DNA of 64,000 bases from Candidatus Helarchaeota archaeon (GCA_019058315.1 JAHPZH010000001.1:1420685-1484684), one strand, 5' to 3'. Numbered from the stretch's first letter, positions 29,478 to 40,112 are shown. Made by a program: numbers and translations. Notes: a model not told the origin generated them from the sequence alone.

Positions 29478-30926
29478 TTACCCCTTCTTATTTGCTAATT
29501 GCCTAAGTATATCCCAATAAGCTCCCCTATATCCATTTTGAATTGCATTTACTAATATTAGATTCTCATTATAATTATAATTTTGATCTTGTTCTTCCGG
29601 ATCTGCGAAAAAAAACATGGGATCTTTCCCTACGAGTTTGCTAATATATGAAAAGCATTTTTTACCTTTTAATTCAGCGGATAAATAAAAAATTGGTTTT
29701 AAAAAATTTGGATTTTTATCTTTAAAACCAAATAAATTAGGATTTTTTTCAAATGAACCTTCTTCTTTAACAATCCTTGAAAGTTCTGTTCCGGGATAGA
29801 TTCTAACACCTATCGAAAGTCCAACTCGATTAGGCTGGATTTTTTTCATCAAATGTATCGTATTTTTAATTGTATTGTTAGTTTCCCCAGGTCCACCTAG
29901 TAATAAGTCATACATAAAGGTAATATTAAGAGATTTACAAATTTCGGCAGTCTTAATAATATCCTTCACTTTAAAATCACGCTTAAGATTTTTTAGAATT
30001 GTGTTATTTCCGCTATCAACTCCGAAATCTATCCCAACACATCCTGCTTCCTTCATAATCCGTCCCATTTCATCAGTAAAAGGCTTTGGGATACAATAGG
30101 CATACCATGTCATTTTTTTATTTAAGCCCTCCTGAATTATTGCAGAGCATACTTTTTTAGCGTGTTGGCTATTATTATTGAATTCAGAATCACATAGATG
30201 AAAACAGTTAACACCTTGTTCAATCAAGGTCCTAAATTCGTTAATTACTAATTTTGGTTCCTTTAGTCTAATTATCTTGCCTTTACTGATTGGGTCTGCA
30301 CAATAAATACACTTTCGATCACAACCACGCTTAGTTTCAATATTCCCTTGTCCACCTTCGTTAAAATAATTTAAATTATTTATTACATTACGTACTGGAG
30401 ACCCTAGTGAATTTAAATCAACAAATTTATTAGGATTGTGTATCAAATCTCCGTTTTTTCTATAAATTAAATTTGGAATTTTTGAATAATTTTGATCAGA
30501 CTGAAGTGCTTTTAAGAATAATAATAGAGCTTCTTCTCCACCACCTTGAACTCCAAAATCAACCTCACAATAATTCATGATCATTTCAGGTAATAATGAG
30601 AACCCAACACCACCTAATATTACCGGAATTGATATAATTGATTTTATGAATTCAATAATTTCTTTTATATCATCTATAAAAGATTTTTGACTCTGAAAAT
30701 AACAATCATCAGTATTACGGACGGTTATTCCTATTGCAAGAGGTTTATACTGATTTAAATAGTCTTTTAAAGATTTTTTAATATCTATAGAAAAAGAATT
30801 ATCAATAAAATCTATTATATAGCCATTTTGCTTAAGAACGTATCCAAGATAATCAATAGCAATAGGTCCAACAACAGGTCTAATTTTAATAGGATTAATA
30901 AAAAGAATTCTATTATTTTTCTCCAT
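29478..30926 (-). CDS. Cobalamin-dependent radical SAM methyltransferase, TsrM-like
   Basis: B12 domain with RNTD and GGVGFS; CDRKCIYC; DSEFN; C-terminal NY..N..L....GYRGAYW. Confidence 0.88.
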   Translation of the reverse strand: MEKNNRILFINPIKIRPVVGPIAIDYLGYVLKQNGYIIDFIDNSFSIDIKKSLKDYLNQYKPLAIGITVRNTDDCYFQSQKSFIDDIKEIIEFIKSIISIPVILGGVGFSLLPEMIMNYCEVDFGVQGGGEEALLLFLKALQSDQNYSKIPNLIYRKNGDLIHNPNKFVDLNSLGSPVRNVINNLNYFNEGGQGNIETKRGCDRKCIYCADPISKGKIIRLKEPKLVINEFRTLIEQGVNCFHLCDSEFNNNSQHAKKVCSAIIQEGLNKKMTWYAYCIPKPFTDEMGRIMKEAGCVGIDFGVDSGNNTILKNLKRDFKVKDIIKTAEICKSLNITFMYDLLLGGPGETNNTIKNTIHLMKKIQPNRVGLSIGVRIYPGTELSRIVKEEGSFEKNPNLFGFKDKNPNFLKPIFYLSAELKGKKCFSYISKLVGKDPMFFFADPEEQDQNYNYNENLILVNAIQNGYRGAYWDILRQLANKKG

Positions 30927-30952
30927 TTTAACTGTCCGACTTCAATTTTTGT

Positions 30953-31879
30953 TTATTTTTTTCGTATATAAGAAATAGTTTCTTTAAGAAATCTGAAAAT
31001 ATTACGAAATGCTTGAGTTTTTATCATCATTGAAATTATCTTAATAAAATCCTTTTTGAAAATAGGCAAGGACATTTTGATAGCGTCATTAATAAACATA
31101 TGTCTCTTGGGAATATTGATTCCCATCGATAAATTAACCAATTCATTTATATCCCAAATATTTATCTTCTTTCCCAATTTTGAAGCCCAAACTCTTGCCG
31201 AGTCTTCAAAACCCAGCACACATCCCATACAAGGCACAACTAAATTAGTAGATCCCTTTTTAATTATATTATCAAATAATTTCCTCTGATTTTTATAAGC
31301 GGTATCTTTACCGATAATACCTTTTAAATTAGTTCCAAAACCTAATGTTTTAGTAGCTAGTAGTCCACAGCAAAAAGCATTATCCTTTATATAATCAGAT
31401 TCAATTAATTTTATTCCAGGAATTTTTTCTAATATCTCCCGGGGAGTATCATATAATGGCTCGCCTATTAATTCCATCCTCCTACCTATTGAACAATTAT
31501 CATTGTACGTTACAGTAAGGGGAATTTTATGTGTTAATTTAATTCTATCTTCTTTTATTAATTCTAAAATATATTCTGTTATGTGTTTAACTTCTATAGG
31601 TTCATCAAGTTTTTGTAATAAATTAAAGGGAAGTGTTAGCCCCCACTTTGAGAGGTTAAAGGAGTAACTAACAAAACAGCCTGGACAATGAAGTAAAATT
31701 GTTTTAGGTCGCGGTTTTAATTTTAAATAATTTTGCACAACTTTATAGGTTTGATCCACCCAAAGATCAATAAAACCAAGACCTGCATAAACTACACCAC
31801 AACAAAACTCGGTATTACCAATCGTAATAAAATCAACACCTGCTTGCTCTAAAATTGTTGTAACACAATTTTGTATCAT
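30953..31879 (-). CDS. CCG-domain (HdrB/HdrD/GlpC-like) Fe-S protein, apparently N-terminally truncated
   Basis: EFCCG, CPGC, YNDNC, FCCG, CMGC; the first Cys motif of the first CCG domain is missing. Confidence 0.75.
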   Translation of the reverse strand: MIQNCVTTILEQAGVDFITIGNTEFCCGVVYAGLGFIDLWVDQTYKVVQNYLKLKPRPKTILLHCPGCFVSYSFNLSKWGLTLPFNLLQKLDEPIEVKHITEYILELIKEDRIKLTHKIPLTVTYNDNCSIGRRMELIGEPLYDTPREILEKIPGIKLIESDYIKDNAFCCGLLATKTLGFGTNLKGIIGKDTAYKNQRKLFDNIIKKGSTNLVVPCMGCVLGFEDSARVWASKLGKKINIWDINELVNLSMGINIPKRHMFINDAIKMSLPIFKKDFIKIISMMIKTQAFRNIFRFLKETISYIRKK

Positions 31880-32963
31880 TTATTTCTTGATATAAAAAAT
31901 CGCTCTCCCTTAATATATTTAAGGATGAAATGGCATAATAACCTTGTGATAAATCCCTAAATCCCTCAATTGATGAATTATATTTGGTTTCCTCTTTGAA
32001 AACTTTCGCAAAATCTCCCTTATTTATTAACATATCAAACACCGCTTCTTTTTGGGTTTCATCTTCTATCAATTCGTCTAATAATAGCACAGCATAATAA
32101 TAATTCCTTACATTATCTTCACTTGGTGGTATTATACTTACCTCCTCCTCATTATAATAGTAAGGATGTTCCCAAATCAAGTGAAGACTATTATTTGTTA
32201 ATATTGTTTCTCTCTCTTTAACATATTCATCTTGAGACAATATGTTTTTTAATGATAGATAATCCAGACCTACAGCTTCAAGCCCTTTTTCTCCCTCTAA
32301 TATTTTTAGAGCCTTTACCCCCCAATATTTCGGCTCTATATTTTCTGATAATAAACGCTGCCAGTCAACATCGTAACCGAGGAACTCTTTTATCCACGTG
32401 GCTGTGCCCTCCTTTTTTATTAACTCTAATTTTTCTTTATCACCTAACATATCTAATATTTCAATGGCCTTAGCCGTATTGATAATATCAGGCTCAGAAA
32501 ACTCATCCTTTGAAAAGCCACATATCTTATACTTATTCATAATGAAATTTGAAATCTCATTCTTATCCACTTTATGGGGTGAGACGTGGTCGGGAGATAG
32601 ATAATACCCGTAAATCTGCAAAATTTTCATGGTTTTATAGGTACTATCAATACTTTCACCATTTTCTTCTCCCAATAGACTTAAACCACCCGAGCTTGTC
32701 TGCCATTCTGATAATGTTTTCGGGAGTGAATCTTTATTAAAATGCGGTAAATATAGTAATAATTTTTGTCCAAATACTTCTTGATTCCTGATATCAGATC
32801 CTGCAAAAAATACACTTGCTCCAATAATCAGAAACAATATGGCATATCCAAATAGATATTTAGGAAAATTTTGGTGGTTGAAAGTGCTTGAAAATTTTTT
32901 AAAATATGTTTTTTTTCTATTAAAATTCAATTTCCCTTTAATATTATTTTTTAAACCCATCAA
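31833..32963 (-). CDS. Membrane-anchored prenyltransferase/squalene-oxidase-repeat-like protein, apparently C-terminally truncated
   Basis: N-terminal TM; repeats WQTSSGGL...STYK, GFS...DIINTAKAIEIL, YYAVLLL, GYYAISSLNIL; overlaps the next gene by 47 bp. Confidence 0.6.
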   Translation of the reverse strand: MMGLKNNIKGKLNFNRKKTYFKKFSSTFNHQNFPKYLFGYAILFLIIGASVFFAGSDIRNQEVFGQKLLLYLPHFNKDSLPKTLSEWQTSSGGLSLLGEENGESIDSTYKTMKILQIYGYYLSPDHVSPHKVDKNEISNFIMNKYKICGFSKDEFSEPDIINTAKAIEILDMLGDKEKLELIKKEGTATWIKEFLGYDVDWQRLLSENIEPKYWGVKALKILEGEKGLEAVGLDYLSLKNILSQDEYVKERETILTNNSLHLIWEHPYYYNEEEVSIIPPSEDNVRNYYYAVLLLDELIEDETQKEAVFDMLINKGDFAKVFKEETKYNSSIEGFRDLSQGYYAISSLNILRESDFLYQEINDTKLCYNNFRASRC

Positions 32964-33588
32964 ATCATCCTCTCACGTATTACTTCTACTGTAATATAAT
33001 TAATAATCGAAAATAATTTATTATTAATAAATTTAATAATAATGAGAAAAACCCAGTAAAATGGATAAACTTGACCATTACTCACAATTCTAATATATAT
33101 TATTTTCGAAGTAAAAGTAAGTAAATATTTTTTAATATTATTTTTCGCAATAGAAATTGAAAATTTCTCAATTTTTATTAATCTAACATATATTATTCTC
33201 ATCCAATTTTCTAAGTTTAAACTTACCTTTTTATCATGATGCGGTACTGATTTTAACACCATCATATCAATTTCACTCAAGTCTATTTTTACAAATTAGA
33301 AGCTGTCTGGCATAATGATTAATATAAAAAGCTTTTTTGACATGATTTTGTCTAAAAGTCATTTGATACAAAATTGCTGAAATTTCAACTATAAAGGACT
33401 TTTGCGCAAATCTAACACTAATTAGGGAAATAGTTAAATAATACTATTAACATAATTAATATTATGGATAATATAAAGACCACTCTTTTGTATTATGATT
33501 TTATTATCGGGAGTTTTCATTATTTGTATTCTATATTTTATATTTTTTATAATAGGTTTCTCATCAATCTATATAAGAAGGTAGTAAA

Positions 33589-34098
33589 ATGAAAAAAGAA
33601 CCACAAATTATTGAGGAAATTGAAAAGATAATTGAAGTACCTTATTGTATGTTAGGGGGACCGCTTAAACATGGTTGGGCTTTTTATAATCTTAGAAAGG
33701 ATGCCGTGATCGTATTTTCTTTTTCATATCATACTTATAACTCTCCCAACTCTAAATTAATGTATGAAATATTAACAGAGGAACGTGAACTTGAAGAAAT
33801 TGTTCATGATGAACATAATCCCTATCACTTGTTAAGAATAAAATGGGGAATCTGTCCAAATAATAGTGCTGGAGGACAGGCAAATTTTATTCGTGAAACA
33901 TTAAGGAATATGGGGTTTAAGATAAATCAATATCTATTGAGGTATTGGGAAATAAACAAAATTAAAAATAAATTCAAAGATAATCCCGATAAATTTGAGA
34001 GAGTTTGGCCATTTCCTCTTGAATATTATGATGATGCCTTTCATAATGATAGTTTTAGACCAAAGTGGACTAATCTCCGTTTTTTAAAAGAGTTATAG
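33589..34098 (+). CDS. Hypothetical protein (169 aa)
   Basis: ATG with AGAAGGT upstream; no motif recognised. Confidence 0.7.
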   Translation: MKKEPQIIEEIEKIIEVPYCMLGGPLKHGWAFYNLRKDAVIVFSFSYHTYNSPNSKLMYEILTEERELEEIVHDEHNPYHLLRIKWGICPNNSAGGQANFIRETLRNMGFKINQYLLRYWEINKIKNKFKDNPDKFERVWPFPLEYYDDAFHNDSFRPKWTNLRFLKEL

Positions 34099-34542
34099 AT
34101 CTGTAATTGGCAATTTCTCAGATTTTCCTCGCCGATTATTTACAAAAAGTAATACACAAATAAGTACTATTAATGCTACCCATAACCAATAAATTCCAGA
34201 TCCTAGCAGGAGAAACCCTTCTACCCTGAGACCGGTGTAAAAATAATAAATTCCGAAAATACCCGAAATTGTTCCCAATACCGTTCCTGCAATACCCAAT
34301 GCGAAACCTACTATATAAACAACTCTACTAGTGTCATAGATATAAAAAACGAAATGGAGAATGGAGGAGGTCACTATAAAGCATATAGTAATAATAAAGA
34401 GTGGGAGTAAATGGAGTATTTCAACTCCGGGGTAAACGGAACCATACTCTATCATCCATGGAAGGAACATAAATATTATAGAACCTAAAATTAAGCCGAA
34501 GTATGTGGTATTATATATTAATAATTTATCATTTTTGTTCAT
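34093..34542 (-). CDS. Hypothetical 4-TM membrane protein
   Basis: Four hydrophobic segments; GGTGA SD. Confidence 0.75.
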   Translation of the reverse strand: MNKNDKLLIYNTTYFGLILGSIIFMFLPWMIEYGSVYPGVEILHLLPLFIITICFIVTSSILHFVFYIYDTSRVVYIVGFALGIAGTVLGTISGIFGIYYFYTGLRVEGFLLLGSGIYWLWVALIVLICVLLFVNNRRGKSEKLPITDL

Positions 34543-34553
34543 TTTATCACCAA

Positions 34554-35504
34554 CTATTCGTCCGGTCCGAAACTTATTCGTTGAAAGTTATTAATGGGAG
34601 TGAGTCCCTTTACTTTTCTATTTTTTATAGTCAATAAACATAAATAAATTAATAAATTAGTCAATTGACGTGCATAATCGTTATTCATAATCTCACTCAA
34701 AAATATATCCTTTTCACTAGGAATTTTAAATGACAGACTTTTCTTGAGATTATCTCTGACTGTTTTGATTATTAATTGTCCGATATCGGTGAGTCTATAA
34801 GGATCTTTATAGACAATTTCAGAATTTATTAATTCTTCTAACTTATTAACATCATTCACATCTTGAAGGTTTGTAAATTTTATAATGTCACCCAAGTTAT
34901 TATTGCCAGAATGAATAGCAAATAGTAATTTAAAATGACTATCTAACTGCTTTGCCTTATTTAACTCTTCAAGCTTTTCATAAATTTCTATAGCTAAAAT
35001 AGATATAGTATCAAACTCAACACGAATTCGATATGGCCAATCAGAATATAACATTTTGTTTTTAGTTATATATTCATCCTTAAATTTTTGGAAATATAAA
35101 TCTGAATCTTTTTGGAATTTGTTAAGCATTTTTTTAAATTGTACATCGACTTCTAACAATTCAAATAACTCAGGTTCTCTGAAATCAATTTCTTTCTTTT
35201 TATTCTCTTCAATTTCTATGTCATTTTTAATTATTTCTTTATAAATCTTAGATTTTTCTTTTTCTAATTTCTTACTGAATAAATAAAGCAAAAAATATGT
35301 AGAATAATCAACTTTAACAGACCTATCTTTAGCTATAAGAACTTTACAATCATTATGATTTAAATTTTCAAATATATAGGATAATTTTTCTTTTTCTACA
35401 TCTACTATTACACTAAATTCCCTCTTTGTATAGTTTGATAAAAATCTGCTCATACTTACTTTCTTTTTATTATCTTCTGGGAATTTTACTACTAAAACCG
35501 TCAT
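34554..35504 (-). CDS. Hypothetical protein with internal winged-helix domain
   Basis: LLFAIHSG..NLGDIIKFT...LEELINSEIV...YRLTDIG pattern. Confidence 0.65.
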   Translation of the reverse strand: MTVLVVKFPEDNKKKVSMSRFLSNYTKREFSVIVDVEKEKLSYIFENLNHNDCKVLIAKDRSVKVDYSTYFLLYLFSKKLEKEKSKIYKEIIKNDIEIEENKKKEIDFREPELFELLEVDVQFKKMLNKFQKDSDLYFQKFKDEYITKNKMLYSDWPYRIRVEFDTISILAIEIYEKLEELNKAKQLDSHFKLLFAIHSGNNNLGDIIKFTNLQDVNDVNKLEELINSEIVYKDPYRLTDIGQLIIKTVRDNLKKSLSFKIPSEKDIFLSEIMNNDYARQLTNLLIYLCLLTIKNRKVKGLTPINNFQRISFGPDE

Positions 35505-35698
35505 CCTTAAGCCCTTTTCCTTATTATTTGGAATATTTTATCTAAATTCAAAAGTTTGTATAATAACTTTCGTTTTTTCTGATTATTCCTAATAAATAAC
35601 ATTTAAATATTCATAATAAATATTTTTTAATAATGTTTGTGAAATGATATTACATAAACATTATTACTTGGATAATATTTCTTAAAAAAAATGTTAAA

Positions 35699-37102
35699 AT
35701 GGTTTTTAGAATGAAAGTTTTATTAGTATATCCCCCTTTTCAAGTAGGTGCGGGTATGAGTCAAATTATCAGATCCCCACCCTTATCATTATTACAATTA
35801 GCAGCAACAATACCTGAACATTATGTCGAAATATTGGATTTAAATGTAAACCCTCATATGTCAATTACTGATATCGAGAAAAAAATATCGAAATTTGATC
35901 TTATAGGAATTACTTGCATGACAAATATGCTTAAAGTTACATTAAATCTTTGTAAAATTGCTAAAAAATATAATATTACAACGGTGGTTGGAGGGTTTCA
36001 TCCTACATTAAATCCAGATATGATTAAAGAACCAAATATCGATTATCTAGTCAGAGGAGAAGGCGAATTTACGTTTAAAGAATTAATTAATGGATTAGAT
36101 CCCAGAGAAATTTTGGGATTAAGTTATAAAGAAAATAATGGAAATAATGGGAATAATGGGGGGTTTCATCATAATGAACCCAGACCATTTGTTCAAAATC
36201 TTGATAATTTACCATTTCCTCGAAAAGATTTGGTTAATTATTCTCCATATCATTATCTTTGGGTTCCAGCAGATGTGGTTGAAACTTCAAGAGGATGCCC
36301 CTTTGACTGTTCTTTTTGTTGTGTTACGAAATTTTATTGTAGAACTTGGCGTAAAAAATCACCAAGTCGTGTCATTAAGGAATTGATGTTAGTTCCTAAA
36401 TCTCAAAAATTAGTATTTTTTGTTGATGATAATTTTACACTCGACCATAAAAGGGTTAAAAGAATTTGCCGTTTAATTAGAGAGTATGGAATCAATAAGC
36501 GTTTATTTTTTGTGTGTCAAACAAGAGTTGATGATGTTGCTGAAGATCCCGAAATGATTCGAGAAATGGCTAGAAGTGGGTTTATATGTTTTTTCTTTGG
36601 TTTTGAAAGTTTTAAACAAATGAGTTTAGATAATATGAATAAGAAAATAAGTTTAAAACAAGCTAAAAAGGCAATAGAAATTTGTCATGATAATGGGATT
36701 ATGGTATTTGGTTCGTTCATAGTTGGAAATATAGGGGAAACTCGAGAAGATACACTTAAAACATTTAGAATGATGAAATCATTAAAAATTGACTTTATGA
36801 TGACTAATCCTTTGACACCTTTTCCAGGCACTAAATTATGGGAAGATGCAGTAAAAAATGGATGGATCGATAAAGATTTTGATTGGAAAGATTGGGAATT
36901 TGGAGCAATTATGAACACTCCTGATCTATCTGCAGGCGAGATTCAACATTTGTGTGAATATAGCCTAAAATATTTTTATAGAGATCTTAAATATTTTCTT
37001 TTTGGAAAAAGTTCTTTAAAAATGTATAAATCACCCTTATTTATCAGAATTCTCCCGGGTTTTTTACTCAAAGGTCTTAAGAATTTCTTAATTAAAATAT
37101 AA
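35699..37102 (+). CDS. Cobalamin-binding (class B) radical SAM protein
   Basis: PPLSL, GGFHPT, RGEGE, TSRGCPFDCSFC, DDNF, TPFPGT. Confidence 0.93.
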   Translation: MVFRMKVLLVYPPFQVGAGMSQIIRSPPLSLLQLAATIPEHYVEILDLNVNPHMSITDIEKKISKFDLIGITCMTNMLKVTLNLCKIAKKYNITTVVGGFHPTLNPDMIKEPNIDYLVRGEGEFTFKELINGLDPREILGLSYKENNGNNGNNGGFHHNEPRPFVQNLDNLPFPRKDLVNYSPYHYLWVPADVVETSRGCPFDCSFCCVTKFYCRTWRKKSPSRVIKELMLVPKSQKLVFFVDDNFTLDHKRVKRICRLIREYGINKRLFFVCQTRVDDVAEDPEMIREMARSGFICFFFGFESFKQMSLDNMNKKISLKQAKKAIEICHDNGIMVFGSFIVGNIGETREDTLKTFRMMKSLKIDFMMTNPLTPFPGTKLWEDAVKNGWIDKDFDWKDWEFGAIMNTPDLSAGEIQHLCEYSLKYFYRDLKYFLFGKSSLKMYKSPLFIRILPGFLLKGLKNFLIKI

Positions 37103-37196
37103 GGTTCGATTTATTATTTTATAATTAAAAAATAGTTATTCCACAATAAATACCCTTTAAATATTTTAAAATAATAAAAGAAAGAGATGAATAGAA

Positions 37197-38786
37197 ATGA
37201 AAATATTATTAGTTAATCCAACTGGTCATAAGATTGGGATGGATCATTTTCTAAAAGCTCCCCCTTTGGGATTGATGATTCTTGCTGCTACAGTTCCAGA
37301 TCATGAAGTTGAGATTTTAGATCTTAGAAATTTTAATTATAGTCCTAGTTATTTTGAGAAAAAGGTTCAAAAATTTGATATTCTTGGAGTAACATCTTCA
37401 ACTTCTATGATTAATGAAGCATTACAATTATGTAAAATTGCAAAGGAACATGATGTTAAGACGATTATTGGTGGATACCATCCGAGTTTAGTTCCAGAAA
37501 CAGCTATGTATCCACAAGTTGATTTGACTGTAAAAGGTGAGGGAGAATTAACATTTCCGGAAGTAATCAATGCACTTGAATATTCCAATAATTTAGTAAA
37601 TGAGTTAAAAGAAATCAAAGGTATCAATTTTAGAATTGACTCGAAATTGTATCAAACCGAGAGACGTCCCCCTATAAATCTTGATGAATCTCCCTTTCCT
37701 AGGAGAGATCTCGTAAAAAAATATGATTATCATTATTTCTGGGCATCTATCGATGCTTTGGAATCTTCAAGAGGATGCCCGCACCAATGTCATTTTTGTT
37801 GTATATCACATCATTGGGGACGTGGTTGGAGAGCTAAATCTCCCGAGAGAATTATAGAGGAATTTAATCATATGGACATAAAAAAACGTTGGTTTGTTTT
37901 TAATGATTCTGAAAGTACACTTAATATGAAACGAATTGAAAAAATTTGTGACCTCACGAAAGAATACGGGTATCATAAAAAATGGAAATCTTGTCAAGGA
38001 AGAGTTGATGATATAGTAAAAAACCCAAAAATCATGGATAAGATGGCGGACGCAGGATGGAGAATGATATTTATAGGTATTGAAAGTATTCATCAAAAAT
38101 CTCTTGATACTATTGGAAAGAGAATAACCATAAATCAAATAAAAAAAGCTGTTAAAATGTGTCATGATCGAGGAATTACCTTATTTGGCTCTATTATAAT
38201 TGGAAATTTGGGTGAAACTAAGGAAGAAGTTAAGGAAACTATAAGATTTGCTAGTGATTTAAATATTGATATAATGCAATTTACGCCCTTAACTCCATAT
38301 CCCGCAACTAAATTACATAAACAAGCGAAAGAAAATGGATGGATAATTGATGAAGATTACACAAATTGGAACTTAGTAAATCCAATAATGCGAACTCCTG
38401 ATTTATCTGCAGATGAAATTTTTGAGCTGGTGAAGTGGGCATATAGAGATTTTTACTTTAGATTTAAAGAAAAACACGTTAATTCGTTTTTCTTACGTTC
38501 TTTAAGACGCTTTATTTTACATCCAAAGTTTTGGTGGTTCTTTAAAATGGCTCGTGGATTTGTTTTAAACGGACTTAAAGTGGCTCCAGATTTCATGGCA
38601 GATCTAAAAAGTAAAGAATATCTTGAAATAGAAAAACAGAAAGAAGAGAAAAAAAGATTAAAGCAGCTTAAAAAATTGGAAAAGAAAAAAAGGAAGAAGG
38701 AGAAGGTTGAAAAAAAGACTAAAAAGCCATCTTCGTCTCCCTCTAAAAAAGTTGAACCATTATTAGTTACGGAGATTAGAAAATAA
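37197..38786 (+). CDS. Cobalamin-binding (class B) radical SAM protein with Lys-rich tail
   Basis: PPLGL, GGYHPS, KGEGE, SSRGCPHQCHFC; tandem paralog of 35699-37102. Confidence 0.93.
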   Translation: MKILLVNPTGHKIGMDHFLKAPPLGLMILAATVPDHEVEILDLRNFNYSPSYFEKKVQKFDILGVTSSTSMINEALQLCKIAKEHDVKTIIGGYHPSLVPETAMYPQVDLTVKGEGELTFPEVINALEYSNNLVNELKEIKGINFRIDSKLYQTERRPPINLDESPFPRRDLVKKYDYHYFWASIDALESSRGCPHQCHFCCISHHWGRGWRAKSPERIIEEFNHMDIKKRWFVFNDSESTLNMKRIEKICDLTKEYGYHKKWKSCQGRVDDIVKNPKIMDKMADAGWRMIFIGIESIHQKSLDTIGKRITINQIKKAVKMCHDRGITLFGSIIIGNLGETKEEVKETIRFASDLNIDIMQFTPLTPYPATKLHKQAKENGWIIDEDYTNWNLVNPIMRTPDLSADEIFELVKWAYRDFYFRFKEKHVNSFFLRSLRRFILHPKFWWFFKMARGFVLNGLKVAPDFMADLKSKEYLEIEKQKEEKKRLKQLKKLEKKKRKKEKVEKKTKKPSSSPSKKVEPLLVTEIRK

Positions 38787-38933
38787 GATTAATCTATTTA
38801 TTTAGTATTAAAAAATACCCTTTTTTTATTTATTAAATCAAATTTTATTTAAAATAGTGTATTTGATAGATTTTTAACTACATTTTTTAATAATTTTTGT
38901 TATTATTTTTTATTAAAATTTAAACAGAAGTAA

Positions 38934-40112
38934 GTGAAACAATTGGTAAATACCTATGGCGATATTCCCGATGAAATTCCCTCAAAATGTTATTTTCCGC
39001 TATCTAGAAATATCTGGGTTATTCATAAAGAATTAGGTTGGGAATATCTGGACCCTTCTTTAAATGATATGATAAATCATTTTCATGACATAGTTAGATT
39101 GAGGTTAGATGAAGCGATCAAAACCGCACAGAGTGCTATTAATGGGTCACTTTCTGATCTAGAAAAAGTATTTTCATATTTTTTCTTTCCTCCTGTATTA
39201 GAAATTCGAACTGATCTTCAACAAGGGACTTCAAAACTTCTATATGGAGAAAGTATAGATGTAACATACATTACTTTAAGGGAACAAAATGGGGAATTTG
39301 GATTTATCCTTAATTGCCATGGCGAAGACGGTGTGCCAGTAGATTGGTTTGTTGTAAGTAGTGATGATGAATTGATGGAAAGAAGACATATGAAACTTGG
39401 ATTTAAATTAAAAGAAACTTATAATCGTTCTAAAAATCTGACACAAACAGCATCAAGAGTAATAGATATATTAAAAGATGTTCGAAATGAACGAACTCCT
39501 CAATGGACTCATTCTTCATATTTTACATTAATGGTATGGGGATTGGGAGTAGCTAATGCAGGTTTAGAAGTTAGTAATTATGAGAATACAGCTTTTATTC
39601 ATGATGGTGTAAATTATAAAAACTGGGGATTCTCTGATCATTTATTTACCTTTTTTCCTTTCCCAACTTTTATGAAAATGTTATTTGATATGGATCGTAT
39701 AAATTTCACAAAACGTTTTGCTGGACTTACAAGCGAACATAAACTATGCTGCCACACAGCACAATTTCCAGGAATAGCGGAATATGAAGGGCACTATCAT
39801 TTTTTTGATTATTATCCCGAATCTTTTGAATTATCTTTTATAAGAAAATGGACTAAAACTGGAATCCCATTTCCTATACAATCCTTGAATTTACAAATCC
39901 CAAATTTAAAGAAACAAATACCTGATTCTGCAACAGATTTCGATTTTAAAGAACCTTTAGGTCAAAAAATATTTGCTGAAGATTTAGAACTTTCAACAGA
40001 AGAAGTAATTAAAGGAGTTTATTTGGATTATAACCATGAAACCAAACCTAAAAAGCCAAATCCATCCGATATATTATCTCTAGGTAGTGGAATAAATACT
40101 CGAATTTTATAA
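38934..40112 (+). CDS. Uncharacterised conserved protein, 'RNERTPQW' family copy 1
   Basis: Full-length paralog of 44885-46054 and 58184-59470. Confidence 0.9.
   Translation: MKQLVNTYGDIPDEIPSKCYFPLSRNIWVIHKELGWEYLDPSLNDMINHFHDIVRLRLDEAIKTAQSAINGSLSDLEKVFSYFFFPPVLEIRTDLQQGTSKLLYGESIDVTYITLREQNGEFGFILNCHGEDGVPVDWFVVSSDDELMERRHMKLGFKLKETYNRSKNLTQTASRVIDILKDVRNERTPQWTHSSYFTLMVWGLGVANAGLEVSNYENTAFIHDGVNYKNWGFSDHLFTFFPFPTFMKMLFDMDRINFTKRFAGLTSEHKLCCHTAQFPGIAEYEGHYHFFDYYPESFELSFIRKWTKTGIPFPIQSLNLQIPNLKKQIPDSATDFDFKEPLGQKIFAEDLELSTEEVIKGVYLDYNHETKPKKPNPSDILSLGSGINTRIL

Noticed and set aside
31833-31835. TGA after Cys as possible selenocysteine
   Set aside because: The tail is an out-of-frame read into the CCG gene; no selenoprotein context or SECIS was recognised.
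32960-33280. 106-aa ORF upstream of the prenyltransferase-like gene
   Set aside because: Extremely AT-rich, Ile/Lys/Phe-biased, runs through the SD and promoter zone of the next gene; probably spurious or a decayed remnant.
36134-36162. AATAATGG(A/G) x3 microrepeat (NNGNNGNNG)
   Set aside because: A short in-frame loop expansion with no sign of phase variation.
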